From contig CAWAMW010000002.1 of NCBI GenBank assembly GCA_963783305.1, forward strand, positions 448,001-512,000: a DNA stretch of 64,000 nucleotides, in the 5' to 3' direction. Position 1 is the first letter of the stretch. Each line of letters opens with the position of its first letter. The notes under the pieces were generated by a model. The model was not told the origin of the DNA, ran no database searches, and worked only from the letters and a program-made list of their open reading frames with translations. Positions 21,517-31,953 of this stretch are shown here, piece after piece. Source of the stretch: an uncultured Gemmatimonadales bacterium (GTDB taxonomy: Bacteria; Gemmatimonadota; Gemmatimonadetes; Longimicrobiales; RSA9). The position numbers and the translations under genes were made by a program.

Positions 21517-21732
21517 GGGGCTCTCCTACGGTTCCGGTGGCTTCTGCCGAATACGCACCGACCCCGCGGGAGGCTTCAACGCCCGCGCTGGCCGCGGTCG
21601 ACTGAGCGGGCGCTGGACCGGCCCCTTCCGTCGGCGCATGAGCGGGACTGAATTCGAGGGACCCCCGCGCCGGGAGGCCCGGGGGTAGGGTAGCGACACA
21701 CCGCCGCCGCGTTGTCCGGTTGAGCCGCCGCG

Positions 21733-24249
21733 CTACTCGTGGCGGAGTGCCTCCATGGGGTCCACCCGGGAAGCCCGGAAGGCCGGAACGTACCCGGCGC
21801 CGAACGCCACGCCCGCCAGCAGCATCACCGCGGCCACGAATACCATGGGGTCGTGGCCATCGAGCTCGTAGAGGAGCGACCCTGCGGCCCGGCCGAGGCC
21901 CAGGGCGGCCGCGATACCGATCACGCCGCCGACCCCGAGCATCCCGGCCACCTGGCGGAGGACCATCCCCCGCACCTTCGCCGTGTCGGCGCCCAGCGCC
22001 ATCCGGAGCCCGATCTCACGGGTCCGAAGCGCCACCGTATAGGCCAGCACGCCGTAGAGCCCGATGGCGGCGAGGAGTGTGGCCAGGACCGCGAACGCCG
22101 TGGTCAGGATGCTGATGAAGCGGTCCATGAACACGCTCTCCGCGGCCTGCTGCTCCAGCGTCATCAGCCCGCTGACCGGCATGTTGGGGTCGAGCCGACG
22201 GAGCACGCCGGGCACGGCCTGGAGGATGGGCCCCGGGTCGCCGGCCGTCCGGATGTAGAAGTTCATGAAGCCCACGTCGGCGTCCTGTGCGTGCGCGAGC
22301 AGGAACACCGGCGGCATCTCGTCCTTCACGCTGTTGTACTTGGCGTTCTGGGCGAGGCCCACGATCTGGATGGTCAACGAGTCGGCGCTGGTGCGGCTGT
22401 TCAGCGCCATGAACGAGCCCACCACCTCGCCGCGCGCCAGCCCGAACTTGTCGGCGAACGCCTCGTTCACGATGGCCGCCGTGTACCCGCCGCCGGGGCC
22501 GTCACGCCGGTCGAACTCACGCCCCGCGATGAGGGGGATCCCGAGGGTGCTCAGGTAGTCCGCCCCGACCTCGTTGTAGTACGAGGTCTGGTCCACGTCC
22601 GGCCCGCCCTCGAACCCCTGCACGGCCACGCCCGCGATATTGGCGCTCCCCTCGAGGGCCGGGATTATGCTGGACGTCACGCCTTCCACGCCGGGCAGCG
22701 ACAGGAGCTCCTCGCGCAACCGCTCGAAGAGGATGCGCGACCGCTCGCCGTCGTAGCCGTTGAGCATGGGCGCGATCGCGAACTTCGCCACGTTGTCCGT
22801 GCGGACGCCCAGCTCCACGCGGCTGATGTTGCCCAGGCTCCGGATGAACAGCCCTGCGGCCACCAGCAGGGTGACGGAGAGCGCGATCTGGACGGTGACC
22901 AGCCCCTGCCGGAACCGGGCGGCCGACCGGGACCCCGACGTCTGACCACTGCCACTCCTGATCGCCGTGACCAGCGTGGCCCGCGTCGCGTGCCACGCCG
23001 GGTAGAGTCCGAACAGGATACCGGTGCCGAGGGCGACAGCCGCCGTGAACCCGATCATGGACGGGCTCAGCTGGAGGTTCAGGATCGCGCTCTGCTGGTC
23101 CGGCAGGATCGATGCGATTCCCCAGAGCGTGGCCCGGGCCACGGCCAGGCCCGCGAGCCCACCGACCACGGCCAGCACCATCGCTTCCGTCAGCAGTTGA
23201 CGCAGGAGCTGGCCGCGGGTGGCCCCCATGGACCCGCGCACCGCCATCTCGGTGTTCCGGCTGGCGCCCCTGGCCAGGAGCAGGTTCGCGATGTTCGCGC
23301 ACGCGATCAGGAGAACCAGCGCCGTGATGCCGAGCAGGAGCACCAGCGGTGTGCGGGATTCCTCGTGCACGCTGCTCTGTCCCTGCTGCCCCGGCTCCAG
23401 CACCACCCGCTTCTCCTGGAACTGGGCCAGCGTCTGCTCACTCAGCCCCTCCTGGAGCGGCGCTTCGACCTCGTTGATGATCGACGCGTACACCCGGTTG
23501 GTCCTCGCCGAGGCCTGCTCCAACGTGACCCCCGGCTCCAGACGGCCGAAGACGTAGATCCAGTACGAGCGACGGTTCTCGAAGTCGTTTCCGGACCACG
23601 GCTCCATCTGGCCACGCAGCGTCAGCGGAACGAACACGGCGGGCTGCGGCCCCAGCGTGGTGCCATCGAAACCCCGGGGCGCCACGCCCACCACCGTCAA
23701 CGTCACGCCGTTCACCACCATGGCACGGTTGAGCACGCCCGGGTCGCCGCCCAGGTTGTTCTGCCAGAACCGGTGGCTCAGGACCGCCACCGTGTAGTCG
23801 CCGCCCACCTCGTCGTCCGCCGGCTGAAGAAGGCGCCCCAGCGCCGGCCGCAGACCCAGCAGCGAGAAGTACGACCCCGACACCATCACACCCTCTCCAT
23901 CCACCGTCCGGTCACCCTGTGCGATGTTAGCGCCAAAGGTCCGGTGGCCGGCCAACCCGGCGAACCCGGTCTCCTCGGCGGCCTGCAGGTCCCGGAACAT
24001 CGGGTAGCTGAATACGGTCTCGCAGCCGCCGGCCTGGTTGCACGTCGACCCCCCCGGCTTCGGCCCCGGCGCCTCCAGGTTCACCAGCCGGTCCGGCTCC
24101 GCGACCGGCAGTGGCCGCAGGAGGATCTGGTCGAAGATGGAGAAGATCGCCGCGTTCGCGCCGATCCCCAGCGCCAGCGAGAGCAGGGCGATCACGGTGA
24201 TGAACGGCGTCTTCACGAGCTTCCGGACGGCGAGCCTGATGTTGGTCAT
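21733..24249 (-). CDS. ABC transporter permease (ADOP/MacB-FtsX duplicated)
   Basis: LALGIGANAAIFS, LLIACANIANLLLAR, RTREIGLRMALGA, RASRVDPMEALRHE. Confidence 0.95.
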   Translation of the reverse strand: MTNIRLAVRKLVKTPFITVIALLSLALGIGANAAIFSIFDQILLRPLPVAEPDRLVNLEAPGPKPGGSTCNQAGGCETVFSYPMFRDLQAAEETGFAGLAGHRTFGANIAQGDRTVDGEGVMVSGSYFSLLGLRPALGRLLQPADDEVGGDYTVAVLSHRFWQNNLGGDPGVLNRAMVVNGVTLTVVGVAPRGFDGTTLGPQPAVFVPLTLRGQMEPWSGNDFENRRSYWIYVFGRLEPGVTLEQASARTNRVYASIINEVEAPLQEGLSEQTLAQFQEKRVVLEPGQQGQSSVHEESRTPLVLLLGITALVLLIACANIANLLLARGASRNTEMAVRGSMGATRGQLLRQLLTEAMVLAVVGGLAGLAVARATLWGIASILPDQQSAILNLQLSPSMIGFTAAVALGTGILFGLYPAWHATRATLVTAIRSGSGQTSGSRSAARFRQGLVTVQIALSVTLLVAAGLFIRSLGNISRVELGVRTDNVAKFAIAPMLNGYDGERSRILFERLREELLSLPGVEGVTSSIIPALEGSANIAGVAVQGFEGGPDVDQTSYYNEVGADYLSTLGIPLIAGREFDRRDGPGGGYTAAIVNEAFADKFGLARGEVVGSFMALNSRTSADSLTIQIVGLAQNAKYNSVKDEMPPVFLLAHAQDADVGFMNFYIRTAGDPGPILQAVPGVLRRLDPNMPVSGLMTLEQQAAESVFMDRFISILTTAFAVLATLLAAIGLYGVLAYTVALRTREIGLRMALGADTAKVRGMVLRQVAGMLGVGGVIGIAAALGLGRAAGSLLYELDGHDPMVFVAAVMLLAGVAFGAGYVPAFRASRVDPMEALRHE

Positions 24250-24503
24250 GGTGTACCCGGTCGAATGGGAACGGACGTCGCACAGTTGGACGGCCCGGAC
24301 GGGCCGACGGTTGTATCGGCGGTGCGGGGCCCGCGTGCCGGTGCCCGTGCCCGGGACTGAACGCACTCCGGGCGAACCCGCTCCGAGCGCTGCGGCCGGG
24401 GCCGGGGGTGACCGGGACCGGGTCGGGCCCCATATTGGTCCCGCTCTGAACCGATCCATGACATCCCGGCCAGGGTCCGGGACCTCGAGGAGGATTCGTC
24501 ACG

Positions 24504-25556
24504 ATGAGACCGCTGATGCTCGCCGCCACCACTCTGGCCCTAGGCTTCGCCGGGTCGCTCGCCGCCCAGGACGCCGCGCCCGACACGGCGTACGCGCCGG
24601 GCGACTACGCGGTCTTCACCGGGGCCGGCGAGCGCGCGACCCTGGAGGACGTCATCGCCGCCATGGCGGACGTGGGGGTGGTCTTCATCGGCGAGACCCA
24701 CGACGACCCGACGGGCCACGCCCTCGAGGCGGAGCTGCTGGAGCGGGCGGTGGAGACGGCCGGCCGGCCTGTCGCCCTCTCACTGGAGTTCTTCGAGCGC
24801 GACGTCCAGCCGGTGCTGGACGAGTACCTGGCGGGGTGGATCAGCGAGTCGTCGTTCACCGATGCGAGCCGGCCGTGGCCCCGCTACGACTCGGACTACC
24901 GCCCGCTCATCGAGCTCGCGAAAGAGCGTGGAATCGACGTGGTCGCGGCCAACGCCCCGCGGCGCTACGTGAGCCGGGTCACGGCCCACGGCCGGGAGGC
25001 GCTGGACAGCCTGCCTCCGTCCGCGCTCGAGCACCTTCCACCCCTCCCCTACGGCCAGCCCTCGCCCGAGTACCGGGACCAGTGGATCGGCGTCATCTCC
25101 GCGGTGATGGAGCAGGAGGGGACGCGGTGCGGGCTGCCCGTCGCCGACTCCCAGGCTGTGGCGCCCATGGGCACCCACGCGAACATGGGCAATCAGCTCC
25201 ACGCCCAGGCGCTCTGGGACGCGTCCATGGCGTGGTCCGTCGCCGGGTACCTCCGGGCGCACCCCGACGCCCTCGTCCTCCACATGGTCGGCGGGTTCCA
25301 CGTGGCCCGCGACACGGGAATCCCGGAGCATCTGCGCGCCTACCGGCCGGACACCCGGGCGCTCATCGTCATGCTCCGGCCCGTCCACGACATCGGCGCG
25401 TTCGAGCCCGCCCCCGCCGGGGAGTGGGGCGATTTCGTGATCCAGACGGACGTGGCGCGCACCCTCGAAGCCATCGAATGCCGCGCCTACCGCTGCCCTA
25501 CGGCCAGCCCTCGCCCGTGTACCGGGACCAGTGGATCGGCGTCATTTCCGAGGTGA
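24504..25556 (+). CDS. ChaN-family (heme-binding) periplasmic protein; native C-terminus displaced by a duplication
   Basis: IGETHDD, LSLEFFERD, DYRPLIE, LWDASMA, GGFHV motifs. Confidence 0.85.
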   Translation: MRPLMLAATTLALGFAGSLAAQDAAPDTAYAPGDYAVFTGAGERATLEDVIAAMADVGVVFIGETHDDPTGHALEAELLERAVETAGRPVALSLEFFERDVQPVLDEYLAGWISESSFTDASRPWPRYDSDYRPLIELAKERGIDVVAANAPRRYVSRVTAHGREALDSLPPSALEHLPPLPYGQPSPEYRDQWIGVISAVMEQEGTRCGLPVADSQAVAPMGTHANMGNQLHAQALWDASMAWSVAGYLRAHPDALVLHMVGGFHVARDTGIPEHLRAYRPDTRALIVMLRPVHDIGAFEPAPAGEWGDFVIQTDVARTLEAIECRAYRCPTASPRPCTGTSGSASFPR

Positions 25557-25941
25557 TGGAGCAGGAGGGGACCCGGTGCGGCCTGCCCGTGGCCGATTCG
25601 CAGGCGGTGGCACCCGTGGGCGCCCACGGGAACATGGGCAACCAGCTCCAGGCCCAGGCGCTCTGGGACGCGTCCATGGCGTGGTCGGTCGCCCAGTACC
25701 TCCGGGCCCATCCGGACGCCCTCGTCCTCCACATGGTCGGCGGGTTCCACGTGGCCCGCGATACGGGCACTCCGGAGCACCTGCGCGCCTACCAGCCGGA
25801 CGCCAGGACGCTGATCGTCATGCTCCGGCCCGTGGACGACATCGCTGTGTTCGAGCCCGCGCCGTCCGGGGAGTGGGGCGACTTCGTGATCCAGACAGAC
25901 GCAGCGCGGACCCTCGAGGCCATCGAGTGCCGCGCCTACCG
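25044..25941 (+). repeat. 449-bp diverged tandem duplication of the ChaN 3' region
   Basis: 25044-25492 versus 25493-25941; about 47 mismatches by manual count, no indels; copy 2 continues to a stop at 26017. Confidence 0.95.
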
Positions 25942-26049
25942 CGCGGAGCGGGCCGGCGCGCCGGCCACCAGCGGCGGCGGGGGCGAAATACGGCAGGGGC
26001 TGCGGGCGCCAGGGTGATCCGGATCATGCGCGCTCCGCGTCGATCACTC

Positions 26050-26488
26050 AATAACGAGCGGTTCGTCCAGGTCACGGACGAGCGGGACTACCAGGCGGAG
26101 TGCCGGAAGGCGGAGATCCACTGAGGCGCCGATGGACCTGCCGGGGGCGCCGACGGACCTGCCTGAGGCGCCGACGGACCTGCCGGGGGCGCCGACGGAC
26201 CTGCCGGGGGCGCCGACGGACCTGCCGGGGGCCGAGTCGCTGTCACTCGCCGAGTTGATCCAGCTGACGCGGGAAAAGTAAGAGATCTGAGGCAGGGGTC
26301 GGCGATCGCCTGCGGGGTACACGGGCTTCGAACGCAATATCGCGGTGGCGATGGGATCCACGAGGTGATCGCGGGGGTGGTCCGGCGACCTGGCTGACCC
26401 CGGTGAACGAGCCGTCGGACAGGCGGTGGCTGCGCTACGCGAGGTGCTGGAGGACGAGAGCGTGCGTGTACGGGAGCGCGCGGCGTGC
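26050..26488 (+). pseudogene. queG: queG 3'-half remnant #3 with stops and a repeat-expanded linker
   Basis: NERFVQVTDERDY...TDLPGAESLSLAELIQLTREK*...RGSAI...GYTGFERNIAVAMG...AVAALREVLEDESVRVRERAA. Confidence 0.75.
26125..26231. repeat. 21-bp tandem repeat x5 (GGCGCCGACGGACCTGCCGGG)
   Basis: Seen directly; encodes APTDLPG inside the queG remnant. Confidence 0.95.
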
Positions 26489-26575
26489 CGCTTCGGCAAG
26501 AAAGGATCGATCGGGAGTAGCCGTCGGCGTTTTCGGGCTAGCGTGTCTCATCGGCGGGTTGTGCGTGCGTCGCCC

Positions 26576-26748
26576 GGTGTTCGCAGCCATGGTCGGCCGG
26601 TGTGAGGCGAAGGGCTGCAAAGGCCATGAGTATCCTGGTGTTCGCAGCCACGGATGTGCCTCCGGGCATCCGCGGCGGCAGACTCCATGACCCTCATGGG
26701 GTTCGCAGCACTGGGTCCCCGGGCGGACCACCCGGGCTGCGTCCACCA
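26576..26748. repeat. 61-bp-period palindromic element, copy A
   Basis: GGTGTTCGCAGCC-N24-[37-bp palindrome at 26613]-N24-[26674]-N24-GGCTGCG (26735). Confidence 0.9.
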
Positions 26749-26846
26749 CGTGGCCGAAAGCCGCGCGGGAGTGCTCCCAGCTTCCCGACACGAGCCCAGT
26801 TCGGCCCTGTCTACCCTTCGCGACCGCCCGTGATGCTCCGCTCATC

Positions 26847-26990
26847 CGACTGCTGACCACGTTCGTTCTCGTGCAGGAAGACATGCTTCGGGAGCCAATC
26901 CTCTATCTCTCGATCTTCTTCAGCGCCATCGGCAGAGCTACTCCGATCGGTTGCACGGCCAATGATAGGGAGAATGGCAGGAATGCTTCC
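26847..26990 (+). pseudogene. Fic-family protein internal remnant
   Basis: RLLTTFVLVQEDMLREPILYLSIFF, then frameshifted RHRQSYSDRL...GEWQE; typical of the region after the Fic motif. Confidence 0.6.
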
Positions 26991-27073
26991 GCAACGTGCG
27001 GCATATGGTCTCCATGGTGGGAGCACCCCGGGGCTGAGAACGGCCCGCTCCGGTCGTCCTCTCTCGATGGCCG

Positions 27074-27153
27074 GTGCTCAGGCGGCACATCCAGCCGGGA
27101 GGTGTATCCGTGGAACGCGCCGAAGCTGGTGGCGCTGACGCGGGACCCGGACT
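27074..27153 (+). pseudogene. queG: queG remnant #4 (decayed CDICQEVCPWN region)
   Basis: ...REVYPWNAPKLVALTRDPD; the DNA aligns by eye to GCDICQEVCPWN codons. Confidence 0.55.
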
Positions 27154-27197
27154 CCCACCGCGGGACCTCGGATCGTCGACTCGTCCCCGACCGTCGA

Positions 27198-27551
27198 TCA
27201 GACCTCGCGGAGCCAGGCGCGTGCCTCCGCAGCCCGGGGCGTTTCGAAGAAGCGCACGTCTGCCTTGAAGAAGGGCTTCGACAGCTTCGTGCCCCACTCC
27301 TCCCACCGGGTCCTGCCGACGATGGCGATCCGCTCCATCGCGTCCTGGTGCGTCGCGTCGAATTTCACGTCCTGCCAGAGACCCTCCGGATCCCAGCCAC
27401 GGAAGTCCTCGAGCTCGATGTACAGCCGGAGCGCGCCCCGCTCGGCCGCGAGGCGCTCCAGCTCTGGCACCAGGCGATCGTAGTCCTCTCCGGTCAGCTT
27501 GCCGCTCGCGTGGATCTCCACGAGGTCCGGCTGTGCCTTCAGCTCGATCAT
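27198..27551 (-). CDS. SpoIIAA-like (STAS/SEC14) protein
   Basis: GKLTGEDY...FRGWDPEGLWQDVKFD...ERIAIVG...EARAWL. Confidence 0.92.
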   Translation of the reverse strand: MIELKAQPDLVEIHASGKLTGEDYDRLVPELERLAAERGALRLYIELEDFRGWDPEGLWQDVKFDATHQDAMERIAIVGRTRWEEWGTKLSKPFFKADVRFFETPRAAEARAWLREV

Positions 27552-27701
27552 TTCCGCCTCCCTTGCGTTGTTTGCCTGCCCCTACTCACCTCGCGCGCAA
27601 GCGCCACACCATCTTCTGCGCCGGTGAGCAACGGTCGCCCGACGCCGCGCGTCTAAGGAGACGCTACCGAAGATCGGGCCCACCCGAGTGCCGACGACGC
27701 C

Positions 27702-30149
27702 ATGAACGCGCTGCTGTCCGACCTCCGTTTCGCTTTCCGCGGCCTGCTCCGGAGCCCTGGCTTCACGGCGGTGGCGGTGCTGACCATCGTGCTGGGGATC
27801 GGCGCGACCACCGCGGTCTTCACCCTGGTCGACGGGGTGCTGCTGAGTCCGCTGCCGTTCCCGGACGCGGACCGGCTGGTGTCGATCCGGCACGTGGGGC
27901 GGGACGGGCAGGATGAGCTTCCGATGTCGCCGGGGCTGTACCTGCTCTACGGCGAGCAGGCGCCCGCGCTCGGGGCGGTGGCGATGTACGGGAGTGCGGC
28001 GGCCAACGTGGTGGTGGAGGGCCGGCCGCAGCGGGTGCCGGCGCAGGCGGTGACGCCGGCCTTCTTCGGGGTGCTGGGCGCGAAGGCGGCGCTGGGGCGG
28101 ACGTTCCTGGAGGAGGAGGGGCTGCCGGAAGGTGCGCGGGTGGTGCTCCTGAGCGACGGCTACTGGCGCGGCGAGCTCGGGGGAGATCCTGCAGTCGTCG
28201 GCGGGACGCTGGACGTGAACGGGGTCGCGCGGACGATCGTGGGGGTCATGCCAGCGGACTTCGGCTTCCCGGACCGGGAGGCGCGGCTCTGGGTCCCCAT
28301 GGTGGTGGACCCGGCGAACGCGCCGCTGGCGAACTTCGGCGCCGGCGGGATCGGCCGGTTGGCCGAGGGGACGACGGTGGAGGGGCTGAGCGCGCAGCTG
28401 GAGGGGCTCATCGGTCGCCTGGACGAGCTGTTCCCGGAGAGCCAGGCGCCGGCGTTTCTGGCGGAGGTGAAGCTGCGGAGCCGGGTGCAGCCGCTGAAGA
28501 CGGCGCTGGTGGGCGACCTGAGCACCACGCTGTGGATTCTGCTGGGCACGGTGGCGTTCGTGCTGCTGATCGCGGCGGCCAACGTGGCGAACCTGCTGCT
28601 GGTACGGGCCGAGACCCGGCAGCGGGAGCTGGCGCTGCGGAGCGCGCTCGGCGCCGGTCGGCTCCAGGTGATCCGGTGGTTCCTCACCGAGAGCGCGCTG
28701 CTGGCGGTGGCCGGGGGCGTGCTCGGAACGGCGCTGGCGGCCGTGGCCGTACGCACGTCGCTCCGGCTGGTGCCGACGGAGATCCCGCGCCTCGACGAGC
28801 TCGGCGTGGACCTTCGGGTGATCGGGTTCGCGGCCGTAATCACGGTCCTGGCCGCCCTGCTCTCCGGGCTGTTCCCGATCCTGCGTACGCGGGGTGCGTC
28901 GCTCGCGGACCAGCTCCGTGAGGGGAGCCGGGGCGGAACCAGCGGGCGCGAGCGGCACCGGCTCCGGAACGGCCTGGTCGTCGCCCAGGTCGCCCTCGCC
29001 CTGGTCCTGCTCATTGGCTCCGGGCTCATGTTCCGGAGCTTCCGCGCGCTCCGGGCCGTGGACCCGGGCTTCGACTCCCGCTCCTTCCTCACGGCCGAGG
29101 TGATCGTTCCGGCGGCTGAGCTGGAGGGGTGGGAGGAGACCGACGCCTTCTTCCGTCAGCTCGGCGACGCGCTCGCCTCGAATCCCGGCGTGGACGCCGT
29201 CGGCTTCGGGCAGACGCTACCCATCGATGGCGGGACGCCGTTCTTCACCATCGAGGTGGAAGACCACCCCCGCGGCCCGACCGAGCTCCCGATCCTGTCC
29301 AGCAACGTGCAGGTGGGGTCCGGCTGGTTCGAGGCCCTCGGCATCCCGCTCGTCGAGGGACGCACCCTCCGACGGGGCGACGGCGCCACCGGCGCCCGCT
29401 CGGTGGTGGTCTCCCGCGCCTTCGCCCGCCGCTGGTGGCCGGACCGGAGCCCCATCGGCCGGCACATGCGGCTCGGGTTCGAGGGCGAGGAGTGGTACAC
29501 CGTGGTCGGCGTGGTGGGCGACGTCCACTACCAGGGGCTGCAGAGCCCCGCCGAGGAGCTCGTCTACTGGCCGACCGTCGTTGGCGCCACCGCCGAGCCG
29601 GTCCCGAGCCGCGCGCTGACGGCGGTCATCCGGACTTCCGGCGACCCGCTGGCCCTCGTCCCGGTGCTCCGCCGCGAGGTCACCGAGCTGAGCCCACGGA
29701 TCCCGGTCTCGAACCCGCGGACCAGCGACGAGCTGCTCGGCGCCGCGACCGCCCGGACCTCCTTCACCATGGCGCTCCTTGGCGCCGCGTCCGTGATCGC
29801 CCTGGTGCTCGGACTGGTCGGGATCTACGGCGTGATTTCCTACGTGGTGTCCCAGCGTACGCGGGAGATCGGGATCCGCATGGCCGTCGGCGCCAGCGGG
29901 GGCGCCGTCCGGGGCATGGTCGTGCGCCACGGCCTCGCGCTCTCCGGCGCCGGAGTGGTCATCGGGCTCGGTGCCGCCGCGGTCCTGAGCCGCACCATGA
30001 GCACCGTGCTCTACGGCGTCGGCGCCCTCGACCCCCTCACCTACGGCGCCGTGGCCGCGCTCCTGGTGGGTGTCGGCGCGCTGGCCAGCTGGATCCCCGC
30101 CCACCGGGCGTCACGAGTGGACCCCAGCAACGCGCTGCGGTCGGAGTAG
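27702..30149 (+). CDS. ABC transporter permease (ADOP/MacB-FtsX duplicated)
   Basis: DLRFAFRGLLRSPGF, ANVANLLLVR, QRTREIGIRMA, RASRVDPSNALRSE. Confidence 0.95.
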   Translation: MNALLSDLRFAFRGLLRSPGFTAVAVLTIVLGIGATTAVFTLVDGVLLSPLPFPDADRLVSIRHVGRDGQDELPMSPGLYLLYGEQAPALGAVAMYGSAAANVVVEGRPQRVPAQAVTPAFFGVLGAKAALGRTFLEEEGLPEGARVVLLSDGYWRGELGGDPAVVGGTLDVNGVARTIVGVMPADFGFPDREARLWVPMVVDPANAPLANFGAGGIGRLAEGTTVEGLSAQLEGLIGRLDELFPESQAPAFLAEVKLRSRVQPLKTALVGDLSTTLWILLGTVAFVLLIAAANVANLLLVRAETRQRELALRSALGAGRLQVIRWFLTESALLAVAGGVLGTALAAVAVRTSLRLVPTEIPRLDELGVDLRVIGFAAVITVLAALLSGLFPILRTRGASLADQLREGSRGGTSGRERHRLRNGLVVAQVALALVLLIGSGLMFRSFRALRAVDPGFDSRSFLTAEVIVPAAELEGWEETDAFFRQLGDALASNPGVDAVGFGQTLPIDGGTPFFTIEVEDHPRGPTELPILSSNVQVGSGWFEALGIPLVEGRTLRRGDGATGARSVVVSRAFARRWWPDRSPIGRHMRLGFEGEEWYTVVGVVGDVHYQGLQSPAEELVYWPTVVGATAEPVPSRALTAVIRTSGDPLALVPVLRREVTELSPRIPVSNPRTSDELLGAATARTSFTMALLGAASVIALVLGLVGIYGVISYVVSQRTREIGIRMAVGASGGAVRGMVVRHGLALSGAGVVIGLGAAAVLSRTMSTVLYGVGALDPLTYGAVAALLVGVGALASWIPAHRASRVDPSNALRSE

Positions 30150-30217
30150 TCGGCGTTACCGGTACTGCAGCTCCAAGAGGTCCCACAGCAGGCCCCGCGC
30201 ATCACCCGCTCGATGCT

Positions 30218-30475
30218 CTACGAAGCTGTGGCACCCTCCGAACTCAGCAGTTTCTTCACCTGGCCCACCGACAGCAGGTGTCCGGACGACTTCACCTGCC
30301 CGTCCACGGCGAGGGCCGGGGTCATGGCGACGCCCATCCGGGCGATGTCCGCGATCTTCTCCACCTTCTCGATCTCGGCCGTGATGCCGAGCTCCGCAAT
30401 GGCCTGCTCCGCGTTGGCCGTGAGCGCCTTGCACTTGGCGCAGCCCGTTCCGAGGATCTGTACCTTCATCATCAT
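30218..30475 (-). CDS. Small redox-active disulfide protein (MTH895/ArsE-type thioredoxin)
   Basis: ILGTGCAKC...MTPALAVDG. Confidence 0.92.
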   Translation of the reverse strand: MMMKVQILGTGCAKCKALTANAEQAIAELGITAEIEKVEKIADIARMGVAMTPALAVDGQVKSSGHLLSVGQVKKLLSSEGATAS

Positions 30476-30515
30476 CTCCGTGCTCGTGTCGTGTCGTCGA
30501 GTGCGTCGCGCCGCA

Positions 30516-31936
30516 TCAGGCGATCGCGCCGTAGATCATCCCGGCTGTGGTGGCCATGACCACGGTCAGGGCCAGGAAGGCCAGCGTCTTCTTCGTCCCG
30601 GTGAAGCTACGGATCACCAGGATGCTCGGGAGCGACAGCGCGGGTCCCGCCAGGAGCAGGGTGAGGGCGGGGCCGTCGCCCATCCCGGCGCCCATGAGGC
30701 CCTGGAGGATCGGGACCTCCGTGAGCGTGGCGAAATACATGAACGCTCCCGCCACCGACGCGAACAGGTTGGCGCCCAGCGAGTTGCCTCCCACCGCCTC
30801 CGCCACCCACGTCGATGGGATCAATCCCTCGTGCCCCGGACGCCCGAGGAGCAGCCCGGCGGCAAGGATGCCGATGAACAGGAGCGGAAAGATCTGCTTC
30901 GCAAACCCCCACGACGCGCTGAACCACTCTCCCGCCTCCCCGCCGCTCGTGCTCGCGATGAGCGAGAGCCCCACCGCCGCCGCCGCGAACGGAACGAGGG
31001 GCTCGTGGGGGAAGAGGAGCGCGAGCAGCGCCGTGACGACGACCGTCGCCCCACCTCGATGGCGCTCATCCCGATCCACCGGACCAGCGCATACGCCAAG
31101 ACCAGCGCCGATGCCGCCGTCAGCTTCCACTTGGCCGCGTAGATGGCGTGCCAGAAGCCTGCGGTGCTCTCGGGAGCGCCCGAGTTGGCCAAAACCAGGA
31201 CGGCCACCATGGCGCCGAAGAAGGTGGCGGTCTGCCAGAGCGGGCGGCCGTCGCCGGCGTCGTCGTCGGGCCCGGCCAGCCACTGGCCCGACCGCTCCAT
31301 CTCGGAGCGTCGGAAGATCAGGTGCATGAAGAGCCCGATCAGCAGGGCGAACACGACGGCGCCCACCGCCCGGGCGATCCCGATCTCCACCCCCAGCACG
31401 TTCGCCGTCAACACGATGGCGAGGACGTTGATCGCCGGGCCGGAATACAGGAACGCCGAGGCCGGACCGAGGCCGGCGCCGTTGGCGTAGATCCCGCCGA
31501 ACAGCGGCAGCACCGTGCACGAGCAGACCGCGAGCAGCGTCCCGGACACGGAGGCCACGCCATACGCCACCGGCTTCGGCGCCCGCGGCCCGAGGTACTT
31601 CAGCACCGCCTGCTGACTCAGGAACACCGAGATCGCCCCGGCGATGAAGAACGCCGGTACCAGGCAGAGCAGCACGTGTTCCTGCGCGTACCACTTCGTC
31701 AGCGCCAGCGCCTCCGTTACCGCCCCTTCGAAACGGGCATTGCCGACCGGGAGGAAGTAGAAGACGACGAAGACGCCGGCGATCCACGCCAGCGGCTTCC
31801 ACTCCGACCCCCACTCCGTCGCGCCCGGGGCCGCGCGCCTTCGAGCCCACCAGCCGGCAAGGCGACGGCCCGGGGCGATCCCGCCGATCCTACCCTCAGC
31901 CGACCGCGAGCCCGACGCCTCCTGTGCCGTTTCCAT
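30516..31936 (-). CDS. arsP: ArsP/DUF318 permease, split by an apparent 1-bp deletion at ~31050
   Basis: HVLLCLVPAFFIAGAI, LAVCSCTVLPLF, MYFATLTEVPI. The frame switches at a G4 run where G5 would restore ...EVGATVVV. Confidence 0.85.
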
Positions 31937-31953
31937 CACTGTGCCGCCCCTCC

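Noticed and set aside
25044..25941. ChaN duplication as a DGR template/variable repeat pair
   Set aside because: Mismatches are mostly third-position G/C changes, not adenine-specific, and there is no reverse transcriptase in the window.
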